Part shown: positions 37,991-52,689 of the stretch, one piece after another
How positions within the stretch are numbered: position 1 is the stretch's first letter
Layout of the letters: every line of letters starts with the position of its first letter
From: Octopus vulgaris
Taxonomy: Eukaryota
DNA length: 64,000 nt
NCBI GenBank assembly: GCA_951406725.2
Contig: OX597829.1
Location: forward strand, 24,118,001-24,182,000
Direction: 5' to 3'
Position numbers and translations under genes: made by a program
Notes under the pieces: generated by a model
Database searches by the model: none
The model's input: the letters and a program-made list of their open reading frames with translations, nothing else
What the model was told of the DNA's origin: nothing

Positions 37991-38931
37991 GCATATTACT
38001 CTGGTATTTGAGTACTCTTTTTTTCCACCTTGTTTCACATTTATGTGTTTACTCCGGTATATATATATATATATATATATATGTAGGCATGTATCTATAT
38101 ATGTATGTGTATGTTATTGCGTGTGTGTAAGTATATATACATGTATGTTTATATATTGTGTATATTATTTCCCCTCTTTAAATAAAACTAACAAACACGA
38201 AAATACATTCCACTTTTCTCTTCGAAAATGTTAGATCTTTTTTTTATTATTTTATTGTTGGTATTGTAGTCGTAACTCTTGGCTCGCTGTAATACGCCCA
38301 TAGCTATCAAAATTTTAAAGGCTCTCACTCATGTCATTATCTAGGTTGATATTTCTAACAGATCTAGTGACTATGTGGGCCCCACAATAGTTGTTCTGCT
38401 GTTTAGGCCCTTGTTCAGACCTAATCCAACAGATGTATGATCAAAATCGTTCCCGTCGTGACCATACGTTTTTTAGTTTTAAGACAATATATCTAGACTA
38501 CATTATTTAATGTATCTTTTCTTCTTATTGATGTTATTTAACCCTAGGTCAGCCCTAATTAAGCAGATCTATAATTAAATCAATTGCATTCCAGCTGTGA
38601 CCATCCAATTTCAAGCACTGTAGGTTACATTGTCCAACGGGCTTTTGGAATAGTTACCTTCCGAAGTTCTATACATTATGGGAAAGAAAAGGGTATGGAA
38701 AAGGGACCAAAATGTAAAAATGTTACATTTTGGGGATTTTTTTTTTCAGAATCTTAACACGATAACCCTAACCCTAACCCTATCCCTCTGCATGGCACCT
38801 TGGGCAAGTCTCTTCTGCTATAGCCTCGGCCTGACCAAAACCTTGTGAGTGGGTTTGTGGTTGACGGAAACTGAAATAAGCCCGTCGTATATAAGCTGTA
38901 AAATAATCGCAGATTCTTTTGTCAGCTCTTT

Positions 38932-39028
<97 letters not shown>

Positions 39029-40720
39029 CGTGTGTATGTGTCTTCCACCACCGCTTAGGGGTTCAGCAAAAAGAGGGCAATAGAATCAGTTTTGAGGTTG
39101 ATTTTGACTCAGCTCATCAAGTTGGTGCCTAAACATGGCCCTGTTCTAATGACTGAAACAAACAATAGATAAATAAAATTACTCTTTTTTTCCCCATGAG
39201 GTGTGGAACTTTGAAGGATAGCAATTCCAAAACTCAGCCCTTCTATCCAATACACCTTTCGTTCTTTAGGATAATTCTGAGAGAACAACTTGACTGCTAT
39301 TTTAAGCATATAGAGAAACCATCTGAAACCTTCCCTGGTTCCATGATGCAAATTTCCTTTTTTAAAGTGATCTAAATTGCAACCTTGCATTAAAATTTCA
39401 TGTTAATCTATGTTCCAAACACTAACTTTATAATGACAGGTACATTTTATTAAATTCTTCATTTTCAAAATTCATTGAAACAAAAATCATGTATTTTAAT
39501 TGAAATAAGGTAACATAAGGTTTTTCCAGATATATTGTTTTATATTTAATCTGCTTTAGTTTGTGCCACAACTCAATTTAATCACATTTAATTAATAAAC
39601 TATTTGATATAACTCAAAACTGTTTATTGTTTTTAGTTATAAACCTTATTTTCATTTATGATTATGATTAAATTAACAATTGTTTTATAAAACAATTTCT
39701 GATAGGAATATTCAATGAAAAGATTTGTCAGAAAATAAGATAGGATAAAGAAAAATATCTTGATTGTAATTGTTGTTGTTGATGTTTAGACACAGGCCAG
39801 GTCAATCTATCAACGTTATGATGAATGACGTTCCTGTTATGAACATCTCCAAGACTGAACTGTTCAGTTTATTTTTCTTGACCAAGAGCCAGGATCCTAA
39901 AAAAATTTGTTTGGTTTGGGAGCCTTCTTAAATTTCATAAGTGAGATGTTTCAGTGGTAACTCATGAGAGAAAATTCATATTGATGACATGAAATTCCTA
40001 GTTTGCTGACAAGTGAATGGATACAAGTTTGCTGACAAGTGAATGACCCTTTTCAGTTATAACTAGAATTTGTCAAAGGTAACTTTATCTCACCTAAAAG
40101 GGCTTTTTATTTCAAAGAATTTCGTTTCAGGGTCTTTTTTCACAACCTTGTAGACCAAGACTGTATTCTTACCTCCATTAGTAAAGAGGTAATTGACACC
40201 AACCAGCAGGTCTGACCGGTCACCTATATTGCTAAGAGCAATATTGGCGGCGAGCTGGCAGAAACGTTAGCACGCCAGGCGAAATGAGTATCCGTATTTC
40301 ATCTGTCGTTACCTTCTGTGTTCAAATTCCGCCGAGGTCGACTTTGCCTTTCATCCTTTCGGGGTCGATAAATTAAGTACCAGTTGAGAACTGGGGTCGA
40401 TGTAATCGCCTTAATCCGTTTGTCTGTCCTTGTTTGTCCCCTCTATGTTTAGCCCCTTGTGGGTAATAAAGAAACATATATTGCTAAGAGCAATAATAAA
40501 TGTGAAACCAATGGTAACTTTCTGACTGGCCATAACCAACGACTACATAATTGACACACACGCAGTGCAGGATGGATGAAGAAATTTTCTTGATAATTTA
40601 TGACTAATCATAATATATTCATGTTCACTTCAAAAATTTCTAGATGTTATTGTAGTTAGTGGTGGCAGTGGTGGTTTAGAGTTTGGTCAGACTTGATAGA
40701 ATAAACTTTATGTATGTATG

Positions 40721-40790
<70 letters not shown>

Positions 40791-40951
40791 CATGCATGCA
40801 TGTAGGTAGGTATGTATGTATGTAGAATAGACTTTATATATATTTTAAAGAGTCTATAGGTTATCAGGTCTTAGGGTCTTAAGATATGCCATAAATGTAC
40901 CCCTTATGGCGAGAAACCCAGGATAACCCTATAAACTGACCTTCACCAGTA

Positions 40952-40994
<43 letters not shown>

Positions 40995-40998
<4 letters not shown>

Positions 40999-41205
40999 AA
41001 GTTAATCCAAACATGAAAACACAAAGAAAACACAACAATGCGAGGACGTGGAACAAGTATAGTGTTATTGGACGCTCAGGAAAGGAAAGAAAGAAGGAGT
41101 ATTTTAACGTTTTGAGTGGAGCTCTTCCTCACAAACATAGAAAAAGCAAAGATCCAAGAAAGGAAGACGGGGGAAAAAAAAATCGCCAACGATACACACA
41201 CAGTC
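40995..41205 (-). mobile_element. Short (TA)n-embedded element with degenerate hammerhead
   Basis: Minus strand GTGAGGA AGAGC TCC ACTC AAAACGTT AAA at ~41103-41132; same architecture as the 6842 and 14870 elements; (TA)n on both sides. Confidence 0.5.
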
Positions 41206-41207
41206 AC

Positions 41208-41255
<48 letters not shown>

Positions 41256-42569
41256 GAATAGGAAATAGAAATTCCTTGGTACAGTATTATATATTTGAAA
41301 AAAAGGCATAGAAATGGCTTTTCTGATAATTTTTCCCTCTTTAATAATTAGATGTTTACGAAAAAGTGACTCTGATTGAGTTTCTCCCTTGAAAGCAGTT
41401 TTCAAACTAATTTAAATTTTATTTTTTTCTTTAAAAGGGAGTGTTTGATTACAAGCATACACATATACAAACACCAACACCCACACATACTTTACACACA
41501 CAGGCGGCGAGCTGGCAGACACATTAACGCGCCAGGCGAAATGCTTAGTGGTATTTCGTCTGTCGTTACATTCTGAGTTCAAATTCCGTCAAGGTCAACT
41601 TTGCCTTTCATCCTTTCGGGGTCGATAAATAAAGTACCAGTTTCGCACTGGGGTCGATGTAATCGACTTAATCCCTTTGTCTGTCCTTGTTTGTCCCCTC
41701 TATGTTTAGCCCCTTGTGGGCAATAAAGAAATATATATATATACCCATACATAAGCAGATATAGAGACGTACATGGACATATACATATAAACAAATACAC
41801 ACAAAGGAACATGGGACCTTACAGTTACATACATATAGAGAAATCCAAACATATTCATTCACACACACATATATATACACACACATACATAAGCACACAA
41901 ACATGTACATATAATAAAAAGAAGGAAAAGAAAAGCAAAAAGAGAGGGGAAGGAGAACCAAACCCATCAAGAAGAAAGAAATGGAATATTTTGGTGTGGT
42001 TCTCCTGGCATAAAATGGTTATACAAAGTTGTCAAAGGGGACCAAAAGATCACACTCCCACACATCCAGCTCCCACCCACAGCACACATACATACACGAT
42101 CATACACAAACACACACACACACTCCCACCAACATCCACATATATACACATGTACATATACTTACACACACATACACACACTCATATGCACATATATACA
42201 CACACGCACATACATATCCTCATGCACACACACACACACACACACATACATTCCCAGTTTGTCCTCTACACACGCATGCAAAAACATATACACACATATA
42301 ACCTCACGATAGGCGGCGAGCTGGCAGACACGTTAGCGCACCGGGCGAAATGCTTAGCGGTATTTCGTCTGTCGTTACGTTCTGAGGTCAACTTTGCCTT
42401 TCATCCTTTCGGGGTCGATAAATAAAGTACCAGTTTCGCACTGGGGGCGATATAATCGACTCAATCCCTTCGTCTGTCCTTGTTTGTCCCCTCTATGTTT
42501 AGCCCCTTGTGGGCAGTAAAGAAATACATATAACCACACCCACCCACTCACACAATTTTCACCTCCTTC

Positions 42570-44380
42570 GACAGAATCAAGCACCAAGCACTGACCTCCT
42601 CTCAACAGTTGCACTTTGTTTATCATGCACACTAATGTTACAAATCCAACAGAGCATACTACCGTCATTCCCCTCTAGTCTATGCATGTCCTCCACATTC
42701 AGAGCCCTTGTCTCACTATCATGTAGTATAGCCGTTCATACAGAAGCATCATATAATCTACCTTTCACTCTGAGAGAGAGTCATTTTATTGCCAACAGAG
42801 GTAGCAGCTCTCTGAACATCCTCCATCCTATTCTTATTCTTGAAACAATACTTTCAGAGCATTCACCACCGTTAGTAATTTGATCATCTAAGTAGCAGAA
42901 ACTATCAACTACCCCAAAAGAACCTCCTGGGCATTTGAGAGAGTCTAAGCCCCTCGTGCTCTTAGTGCTTATTGTTCCTGTGCATCTTCCACACATGAAA
43001 GTGACCTTATCTGTTACCCTACCTGCAATTCCACTGCATCTCTTATGCACCCATAGCTTACATTGGGTGTAGCAAAGGGAATTACTTCCCACTCCTTTCC
43101 TACATATTGAGCAGGTACATTTACCTGATGGTAAGAGAATCTTATCTGATTTCTTGCTAACAACAACTTTAGGTTTTGCTTCCATACCTGCTTCAGATTC
43201 TGCAATAAGAGCAAGGTCATCAGCATATAGCAGTGCCCATGAGCATCCAGTTTTGAATTCCTCAGTTATGGCCTGGAGAACTATGGTGAATAAGAGTGGA
43301 CTAAGAACTGATCCTTGGTGAACTCCAACTTGTATGCTATAGCCATCACTGTATTCAAGGCCAACTCTCACCTTACTGACAGTACTGCTGTACATGGGTT
43401 GTAAATCTCTAACAAGCCACTCCTCTACTCCTAGTTTCCTTAGAGACCACCACATAAGTAAGTGAGGAACCCTGTTGAAATCTTTCTCCATGTCAACAAA
43501 AGCTAAGTACATTGGTTTATTTTTGACCAAATACTTTTCTTAGAACTGTCTCACTAGGAAGATGGCATCTGTGGTACTTCTCCCAAGAACAAAACCAAAC
43601 TGCATCTCAACTAGTTTAATTCTATTGCTAATTAATTGAGCTATAACTCTTTCTGTAATTTTCATATCTCTGTCATTGTTTCTATCTAAGGCTTCACCTT
43701 TACTCTTGTAGTAGCTAACTATAATACAACTACATCAGTCTTTGGGGTGATGCCCTTCCTATATAACCTGATTAACTATACGAGTGCCTAAGCTATATCC
43801 CACACTGCCAGATATTTTAATCCCCTCAGCAGTGATACCCAATGGTCCAAGGGGATTTCCCAGCCTGTATATCCTTAATTGCCTTATCTATTATACTGCT
43901 ATCAACTTTGATGGCTGGTCCTTCAATTGGTTCAATATTTGAAAGATTCTCCTTCTCCCAATCATTCTCTATATTTAATAACCTTTCATAATGATATTTC
44001 CATGCATCTTTCTTGTGAGTCACTAAGCACAAGCATACCATTATCCATTCACACACATTTCTCACCCACCACATCTCTATTCTCTCTGCTTTACAATCCT
44101 GAACGTCTCATGCCTCCGATCCTCACACTGCAGAACATTTGCAAACCTCTTACCTTGTTATTCCTGTTGCCTAGCCTCCCTTCTAGCTCCCTGATATAAT
44201 GCTCTGCTTCCACCATTTTCCAGGCCTGTCTCTTTGCTTTATAGCACTGTCCACCTCCTTCTTCCACCACCATGTCACCCTCAGCCTCTGTTTGTTGAGG
44301 TAGTCTACAGAAGAACCTCATAGAATTGGTCCTTGTGGTCATCAGCCTGTGGAGCATAGGCAGAGATAAATGTAACTGTT
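42570..44380 (-). mobile_element. Decayed RTE-clade LINE ORF2 (RT domain)
   Basis: ORF 42781..43530: YLAFVDMEKDFNRVP, GVHQGSVLSPLLF, LLYADDLAL, FCYLDDQI; stops and frameshifts upstream. Confidence 0.88.
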
Positions 44381-45632
44381 AATCTTATTTCTTTATTGCC
44401 CACAAGGGGCTAAACATAGAGGGGAAAAAAACAAGGACAGACAAATGGATTAAGTCGATTATATCGACCCCAGTGCATAACTGGTACTTAATTTATCGAC
44501 CCTGAAAGGATGAAAGACAAAGTCGACCTCAGCGGAATTTGAACTCAGAATGTAATGGCAGACAAAATTCCGCTAAGCATTTCGCCCGACGTGCTAACAA
44601 TTCTGCCAGCTTGCCACCTTGTTAACTGTTAATCTATCTATGATAAGTCTCAACTTATTACATACTCTGTCTACCTCAGTTACCTTAGCTACCCACTTTT
44701 CTCAATCATCCTTGCCTACCCAGAAGAATTTGAACCTCTGTTTCTTACCTGTGAGATATCTAGCACTTTTTGCACACCACACACATTGACATGGCAATGC
44801 TCCATCATTTTGATAATCTCACCAGATCTCCCTTTCATTTTGCCAACGTTGATGGTTGCAGCCCTAAAATTGTGTACTTGGGAGGGTCAATGCAAAGGTA
44901 GTTTTTGTGGAGCTTTTGTCGGTATCTGAAAAGAAGATCTGCGCAAACACTTGCCAGGTACATCGTGTATTCAGTTCAATGAGATACAATTTCCTTACTC
45001 CCATACAGCATCCAGACTGAGGGCCAATAAAGAGAGGGGTAAAAAGGGCATGAAAGTAGTCTTATGTCTATACACATACACAGTATTAATCTTATATTCT
45101 TGTATATACAGACATTGTATATGTTTACATATACAAACACTATACAGCACAGTATGAATCTTACATATTCATACATACAAACACACGCACATATAAAACC
45201 ATACACCCATACATATATACACTCAATTGTACCCACATAAACATATATACATACATATACAAATACACACACATATAAATATATACATACATATACAAAC
45301 ACACACACATATAAATATATACATACATATACAAACACATACACATATAAAACCATACACCCATACATATATACACTCAATTATACCCACATAAACATAT
45401 ATACATACACATACACATATGAACATGCAGTCCACATAAGCATACACTTAGATATAAATATACACATACATACTCACAAGCACATAGATCCACACTGACA
45501 TAAGTGCATACATACATTCATATGGTACTCTGACAGGTGCATGCACACAAGTATATGGAAACAAGAAGTGGGGAACATTTACTCACAGAACAGGAGTAAA
45601 GTTAGGTAAGAAAGAAAGTCATGTGTGTTTAA

Positions 45633-45850
45633 CCCTTTAGTGTTCACATTATTCTGCCAAAATTAATGCTTTTTCATCCACATTGTTTTGAACTAATCAT
45701 GCATTATCTTGTAGCTATGAGATTTTGAGGTAGCTGTTAAATTTTAAAACGATATTGTAGGATTGGCGTAAGAGACCAGATCTGGCCAGCTTGAACATAA
45801 AACAGGCAGAATACTTTTGGCTGGATATGGCCGGTTTAAATGCTAAAGGG
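45633..45850. mobile_element. piggyBac-type MITE (same family as 4918-5160)
   Basis: TTAA-CCCTTTAG...CTAAAGGG-TTAA; internal sequence shared with 4918-5160. Confidence 0.8.
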
Positions 45851-46384
45851 TTAAATTGAAACAGTGGGGATGGGGTGGGTTGGCAGGCATAATCTGTTAG
45901 CAAAGCTACATATTATCTTATAAACATTTAAGAAATTGGGTGGGACTGGAGATGCTGAATGGGAGAGACATTAGAATAAAATAAGACAAAGAGCGCAGGA
46001 GTGGCTGTGTGGTAAGTAGCTTGTTTACCAACCGCATGGTTCCAGGTTCATGGGTGTCTGTTTACATGGCACCAATATCTGCCATGACTATGATTTCACT
46101 TGGCATGAGTCTTCTTCTCAAGCATGGCATTTGTCATTAGACAAGCACAGATACACACACACACACACACATCGATATATATCCACATACACACATCCTT
46201 ATACATACGCAAACAGACACACATACACAAATATATATATATATATATATATATATTCATACATATACACATACACACACATATACATCTACACGTATAC
46301 ATATATACATATACATTTATATACTCATACATATACACATACATACACATTCATTAGATTTATATATATATATATATATATACA

Positions 46385-46925
46385 TATGTTGGGTCTCATA
46401 GTGGCTGCATTTCTTTTGAGTATTGGTGCTCATGGAGACAAGTGGTTGAGTTCCTTTCAAGCGTTGGGTCTGGGCCTCATGAAGGCAAAGTGGCTGAGTT
46501 CCTTTCGAGTGTTGGGCCTCATGGAGGCATAGTGGTTGAGTTCCTTTCAAGCGTTAGGCTTCATGGAGGCAAAGTGGTTGAGTTCCTTTCAAGTGCTAGG
46601 CCTCATGGAGGCAAGTGGGTGAGTTCCTTTCAAGTGCTAGGCCTCATGGAGGCAAAGTGGTTGAGTTCCTTTCAAGTGCTAGGCCTCATGGAGGCAAAGT
46701 GGGTGAGTTCCTTTCGAGTGTTGGGCCTCACATAGGCAAGGTGGATGAGCTCCCTTCGAGTGTTGGGCCTCACATAGGCAAGGTGGATGAGCTCCTTTCG
46801 AGTGTTGGGCCTCACATAGGCAAGGTGGATGAGCTCCTTTCGAGTGTTGGGCCTCACATAGGCAAGGTGGATGAGCTCCTTTCGAGTGTTGGGCCTCACA
46901 TAGGCAAGGTGGATGAGCTCCTTTC
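46385..46925. repeat. 42-bp minisatellite
   Basis: Unit GGCCTCACATAGGCAAGGTGGATGAGCTCCTTTCGAGTGTTG, with variant GGCCTCATGGAGGCAAAGTGGTTGAGTTCCTTTCAAGTGCTA at the 5' side; gives 14-aa repeats in several ORF frames. Confidence 0.92.
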
Positions 46926-47077
46926 GGATGTTGTCGAAACCATGCCAAATCAGACTGTAGCCTGGTGCAGCCTTCCAGCATGCCAGCCCAGTCAAACCAT
47001 TCAATCCATGCCAGCATGGACAACAGGTATTAAATGATGATGATGATATATATGCATATTTACACATACATACATAC

Positions 47078-47149
<72 letters not shown>

Positions 47150-47150
<1 letters not shown>

Positions 47151-48126
47151 ACCCGGCAAGACTAGTCAGGCCATAACCCGTGGCCCTTACCTGGGATGTA
47201 GTCAGTCCACCTGTGCATACCTTCCTTCTTGTGACACTTGTGAAGACCTGTTGAGGCAAGTGAAAATCAATCAAAACAAATCAAAATAGATGAACATCAA
47301 TGGAATTTGTATCTTTGTGGTACCAGTGACGGTGGCACACAAGAAAACCATCCGAACGTGGCCGTAGCCAGTACCACATCGACTGGCCTTCGTGCTGCGG
47401 TCACGTAACAAACACCATCCGATCGTGGCCGTTCGCCAGCCTCATCTGGCACCTGTGTCGGTGGCACATAAAAACACCATCCAAGCGTGGCCGTCTGCCA
47501 GCCTCGTCTGGCACCTGTGTCGGTGGCACATAAAAAACACCATCCGAGCGTGGCCGTTCGCCAGCCTTGTCTGGCACCTGTGTCGGTGGCACATAAAATC
47601 ACCCACTACACTCTCGGAGTGGTTGGCGTTAGGAAGGGCATCCAGCTGTAGAAACACTGCCAGATCTGACTGGCCTGGTGCAGCCTTCGGGCTCCCCAGA
47701 CCCCAGTTGAACCGTCCAACCCATGCTAGCATGGAAAACGGACGCTAAATGAATGATGATGAATGATGATGATATATATATATATATGCACACATATACA
47801 TATATATACACGTGTGTATACATATGTATATATATGTGTGTGTGTATATATATATATAGCGCCACTTTGACAGGTGTCTGTACCAGTGACACATAAGAAG
47901 CACCAACCGATTGTGGCCATTGCCAGCCTCCCCTGGCTCCTGTGCCGGTGGCACATAAAAAGCACCCACTACACTCACAGAGTGGTTGGCGTTAGGAAGG
48001 GCATCCAGCTGTAGAAACACTGCCAGATCAAACTGAAGCCTGGTGCAGCCTCCTGGTTTTCCAGACCCCGGTCGAACCGTCCAACCCATGCTAGCATGGA
48101 AAACGGACGTTAAATGATGATGATGA

Positions 48127-48130
<4 letters not shown>
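47150..48130 (+). mobile_element. Two tandem family-A elements with internal ~60-bp tandem repeats
   Basis: Repeated unit GCCAGCCTCGTCTGGCACCTGTGTCGGTGGCACATAAAAACACCATCCGAGCGTGGCCGTT (3 copies at ~47410-47600); both end in (GAT)n then (TA)n. Confidence 0.8.
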
Positions 48131-48167
<37 letters not shown>

Positions 48168-48669
48168 CTGCTCTAATGTTTTAGAATGTCCTTCTTTTTT
48201 CAAATATATGAAACTACTGATGACCTGGGTGTGTGTGTGTGTGTGTTTTGGTCGTAAGATTGTAGTTTTGATTTCTGGATCAGGTGATGCATTGGTGTTT
48301 TTGTTCAAAATGCTTCTGTTCATGTTGCTCTAGTCTAGACATTAGTTGTTCTCTGTGTTCACCATCTGTTCTCTTTGGAGCATCCAGCACAAATGCCAAG
48401 CAGTACAGCATGTCATTTCCAAATTTCTGGCAGAGTGAATTGCGTCATGCTGCTGTTTTTCTCACAGATGGTGCCCGACTGCCCCTACTATACAGTGTAG
48501 TCAACAAAATCAAAAACAAACAATGCATGAAATTAAAAATATAAAATGGCAACTATTTATCCATCACACCCTATATATATATGTGTATGTCCTATCTTCT
48601 TTTTAACTTAGCCTAACTCTAGTCTTGACTAAGTTTACCTTAACCCCTTTCAATTTTAGATTTTACTTT

Positions 48670-49285
48670 CATGTTTGGAATTTCTTCTTCAAATCTTCTG
48701 CTGTAAGAACAACACCATCAGCATACAGGAGTTCCCATGGTCTTGCCTCTATTATGACTTGGAGGGCCATTAATAAACAGGAGAACTGAGGACCAAGCCC
48801 TGATGCCCCTCACCTATCTACTTGCTAAATTCTCTGCTGTACTCATTAACTTTCATCATGCTTACTGCCACTTCATACATAGTTTGTAAAGCCCTTGTAA
48901 GTCATTCATCTATCCCTTGTCCACCAGATGACAGAGTGAGAGGCTTTCTCAAGTTCTACAAATGCTAGGGATAAAGGTTTAATTCTATCTCAGTATTTCT
49001 CTAGTAGTTGTTTCACCAGGAAGTTGACATCTGTGGTGCCTTTTTCAGTTACAAAATCAAACTGCATCTCAACCAAACTAATCCTTTTTCAAATCAATTT
49101 TGCTATAACTCTTCCTGCAACATTCACGATCTGATCCAGCAACTTGATAATTCTATAGTTTTCTCTGTTTAGAGAATCTCCTTTGCCTTTGTAACAGTTT
49201 ACAATAATGTTACTGCCTTCTTATATAACGTGATAGACTATTCAAGAGACTAACCAGTATTCTACTTCTCCAGATATTTTAACTC
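48670..49285 (-). mobile_element. Decayed RTE-clade RT fragment
   Basis: Colinear similarity to 43200-43820 (AAACTGCATCTCAAC, ATCAGCATACAG = L.YAD motif on minus strand), heavily disrupted. Confidence 0.6.
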
Positions 49286-49399
49286 TTTGGAGACAGAGCC
49301 TCATTTGAAGTTTCAGTGCCAAGAAGATGGAACAATTTATGACCTGGGAACCTCCTCTTGAACTGAGTATTCCTGAGAAAGTCAGCAACATACTTATTG

Positions 49400-49939
49400 G
49401 TTTCTCAGATAAACATTTTAATGAGATTCCATGTGAAAAACAGCATAAAGTATTCCTCTGGGTTAGGCTCTGTATTTTCTAAGAATTCAAAGGGATCATC
49501 TCTATTAGTTCAGTATCCCTACTCATAAACCAAGGGTTCAAAACATAATCATCATTTTGATATTCTCCATTACTTTCCTGGTTGTTTTCACCAGTTTCAG
49601 TGTCAGATTCACTGGGAGATTCAGTGTCAGATTCAGGCTGGGAGAAATCAGACTTGCTAAAGATATTTTCATCAGTGTCACTGTTGCACATGTTGAAATT
49701 TCATGAAGCTCACTTGGAACACAAATTGATGTAAAATCACCAAACACAACAAACTGTCATGGAAGCTGCCATTGAAAGTCTCAGATGTGCAAGAAATGCA
49801 AGAAGCAATCTGATTCGCTGGTATGAAGACCAGCCAGCTAACCTCAAAGATTGTATTATCGGGTTGATGGATTGGTCTTGTCATCTTCTTCATCATTTGA
49901 CTTTTCAGCTGATAGATCGACCCTGTTGTCTCTTAAGGG
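49400..49939 (-). mobile_element. Possible piggyBac-type transposon 5' remnant
   Basis: TTAA-CCCT end on the minus strand at ~49936-49943 and an acidic D/E/S-rich reading frame (49479..49691) like piggyBac transposase N-termini; no catalytic domain seen. Confidence 0.35.
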
Positions 49940-51708
49940 TTAAGCATCTCAGTGACTGTTTACAAAATAGTTCCTTTCTTTAGCTTCATATCTTAAATAG
50001 CACCTATCTTATTTCTTTATTGCCCACAAGGGGCTAGACATAGAGGGGACAAACAAGGACATACAAAGGGATTACACCGACCCCAGTGCATAACTGGTAC
50101 TTATTTAATTGACCCTGAAAGGATGAAAGGCAAAGTCAACCTCGGCAGAATTTGAACTCAGAACATAACCGCAGACGAAATACCACTAAGCATTTTGCCC
50201 GGCATGCTAGCGATTCTGCCAGCTTGCTGCCCTAAATAGCCCTATCTACCATATTACTGTCAACTTAGAGTGACTGCTATTTTTTTTTTCATTTTTTGTT
50301 GGTTCTAATTGGGATAGGCTCCTTCTCTCCCCTGCATTCTCTACATTCAGTAGTCTCTCATAGTAGCACTTAAATGCTTTTTTCCTTTTCATTGTGTTGC
50401 TATTCTGAACACCATCTATCTCTGATCCTCATGCTGCAAAACATGTGCTAACTTCTGATTTTCTGTCTTTCCTCTTGCTAAGTATGACATTCCGCTTCTC
50501 TTTTAGTTATTTGATATTTTTTCTTTGCTCTCACCTTTCTTCCAGTCTGATCAAGCATTTCTTTTTACTCTTATAGCCCTATCTACAACACTCTTCAACC
50601 ACCATATCATTTTTCATATTGATGGAGCCAGCCTACGTATGCATACCTTCCCTTCTTGGGACACAAAACTCTACTTGTGAAGACCTGTTGAGGCAAGTGA
50701 GGATCAGAATCGAAATCGATCAATGGAAATTGCAGATGAGTTACCAGTGCTGGTGGCATGTAAGAGAACCATCCGTTCGTGACCATTGCCAGCGCCACCC
50801 CAACTGGCCTCGTGCCGGTGGCACGTAAAAAGCACCATCCGTTCGTGTCCGTTGCCAGCCTCGCCTGGCCCCCGTGCCGGTGGCACATAAAAGCACCATC
50901 CGTTCGTGGCCGTTTGCCAGCTCTGTCTGGCACCTGTGTGGGTGGCACATAAAAAGCACCCACTACACTCACGGAGTGGTTGGCATTAGGAAGGGCATCC
51001 AGCCGTAGAAACACTGCCAGATCTGACTGGGATTGATGAAGCCTTCCGGCTTCACAGACCCCAGTTGAACCGTCCAACCCATGCTAGCATGGAAAACAGA
51101 CGCTAAACGATGATGATGATGATGAGGCATTATTCTTCCCACATATCTTTTTCTGTAACCCTTCAGTAGATACTCCCAGTTTATCTTTGTATTGCAAGTT
51201 GCTATCTCCTTTTCAAGTAGTAATTCTTTAAACGTCTGACTGTTTAGTGGTGCTTTAAGTTTCTGTGTCTTTCTTCTCCCAGTTGTCTTGAGTCTTTGTC
51301 CAACATAGAATAAGAGTTCAATCGAAGTCGTTATTCTTCATTTGGGAAACAATTAGCATTCTCAGTCAGCCATCTGTTTATCCCATAGTCTGGTGAGAAT
51401 GAAATCTATCTGACTTTACCATTTACTTGATTGGTTTGTGATTAGGTGGTTGGCTGGTTTCCTGAAGTTAGTGCTGTAACCCTTCCTCATTCCTTATACA
51501 TCTCCTCCATAGTCTCCATGTGCAACCTGGAAGATGTCATGTTGTTGTTCAACATGATGTCTGTTGAGGTCACCAGCTGCAATAATAAGGTCAATGTCAT
51601 TTGTCATTTGTCATTTGTCATCTCCAGAAGGGATTCATAGAAACTGCATTTCTGCTCGTCTACCAACCCTGGTCATGATGTATGTATTGAGATTGATGTG
51701 AATGTAAA

Positions 51709-51745
<37 letters not shown>

Positions 51746-52049
51746 ATGTGCGCATTTATATATCATCATCATTATCATCTTCATCCTCATCATATGTATT
51801 CCATGCAGCATGGGTTAGAAAGTTCAACAAGATAGTGCAAACCCGAGAACCATACTGTGCTTCAATGTCTGCTTTTGCAAGGTTTTTACATCTGAATTCC
51901 CTTCTAACATCAAACACTTTTCAGAGTGTACTGGGTGCTTTCATGCAATATAAAAAAGATAGCAAAAGTGATTAAATTTTTTTTTTAATTGAACATGTGT
52001 TGTTTAAATTAAACTTGCTAGTAGAGTAACTCATTTTCTTGCTCTTCAT

Positions 52050-52350
52050 TGCATGAAATAATGGATTTCAAGCAGAAGCAACATACTGTCATTGAGTTAT
52101 TGATGAAGGTGGAGTGCAGGCTGTCTATCATCTGTAGAAGTCTATAGCTTGTTTACAGAGATGGCATGGTGACAAGAACAATGTACACAGATGGATAAGT
52201 TTAAAAAAAGAGAAACCAGCATTGAGCACAATCAATTCAGTGGGGAGACCATCACTAAGAAGAATGAAATGAATCACCAGTGATTGGACAAATTAATTCG
52301 CACAGAGAGACCAGTCACAATCCATGAGCTTGCTGAATAACTGCACTCTG
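52050..52350 (+). mobile_element. Mariner transposase 5' remnant
   Basis: MDFKQKQHTVIELLMK..., then an SG(G)RP-like linker; several stops. Confidence 0.45.
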
Positions 52351-52689
52351 ACAGCAGAATATTTTAGGTGTCAGTGTGTGAAAAATAGCCTGGGATCATC
52401 ATAGAAAACACCTGACCAAGGTAGTATGCAGTGGAACTGAAGCTGAAACCATAGGGTTAGGGAGCAATCTTCTCAACTACCAATCTGGGGAGGATCTAAT
52501 GCTACCACCTTTCAGATGAATTCATCATGTGGTGTCACAATGTCATGACCAAACCGCCATAGTTTCCTCATCAGAAAACTTCCCTCATGAGGTGAGAGAC
52601 TGCAGTGAGCGTAAAGTTGTTGGTTCAAAATGCAGTGTGAGATACACTGTTAGAGAACATGACAAATACAGAAGCAATTGAAGACCTCA

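Noticed and set aside
46615-47079. ORFs with 14-aa repeats (SSVGPHIGKVDELL)
   Set aside because: By-product of the 42-bp minisatellite, open on both strands, with no splice context; the GATGAGCTC...GAG hairpin lacks GAAA, so it is not a hammerhead.
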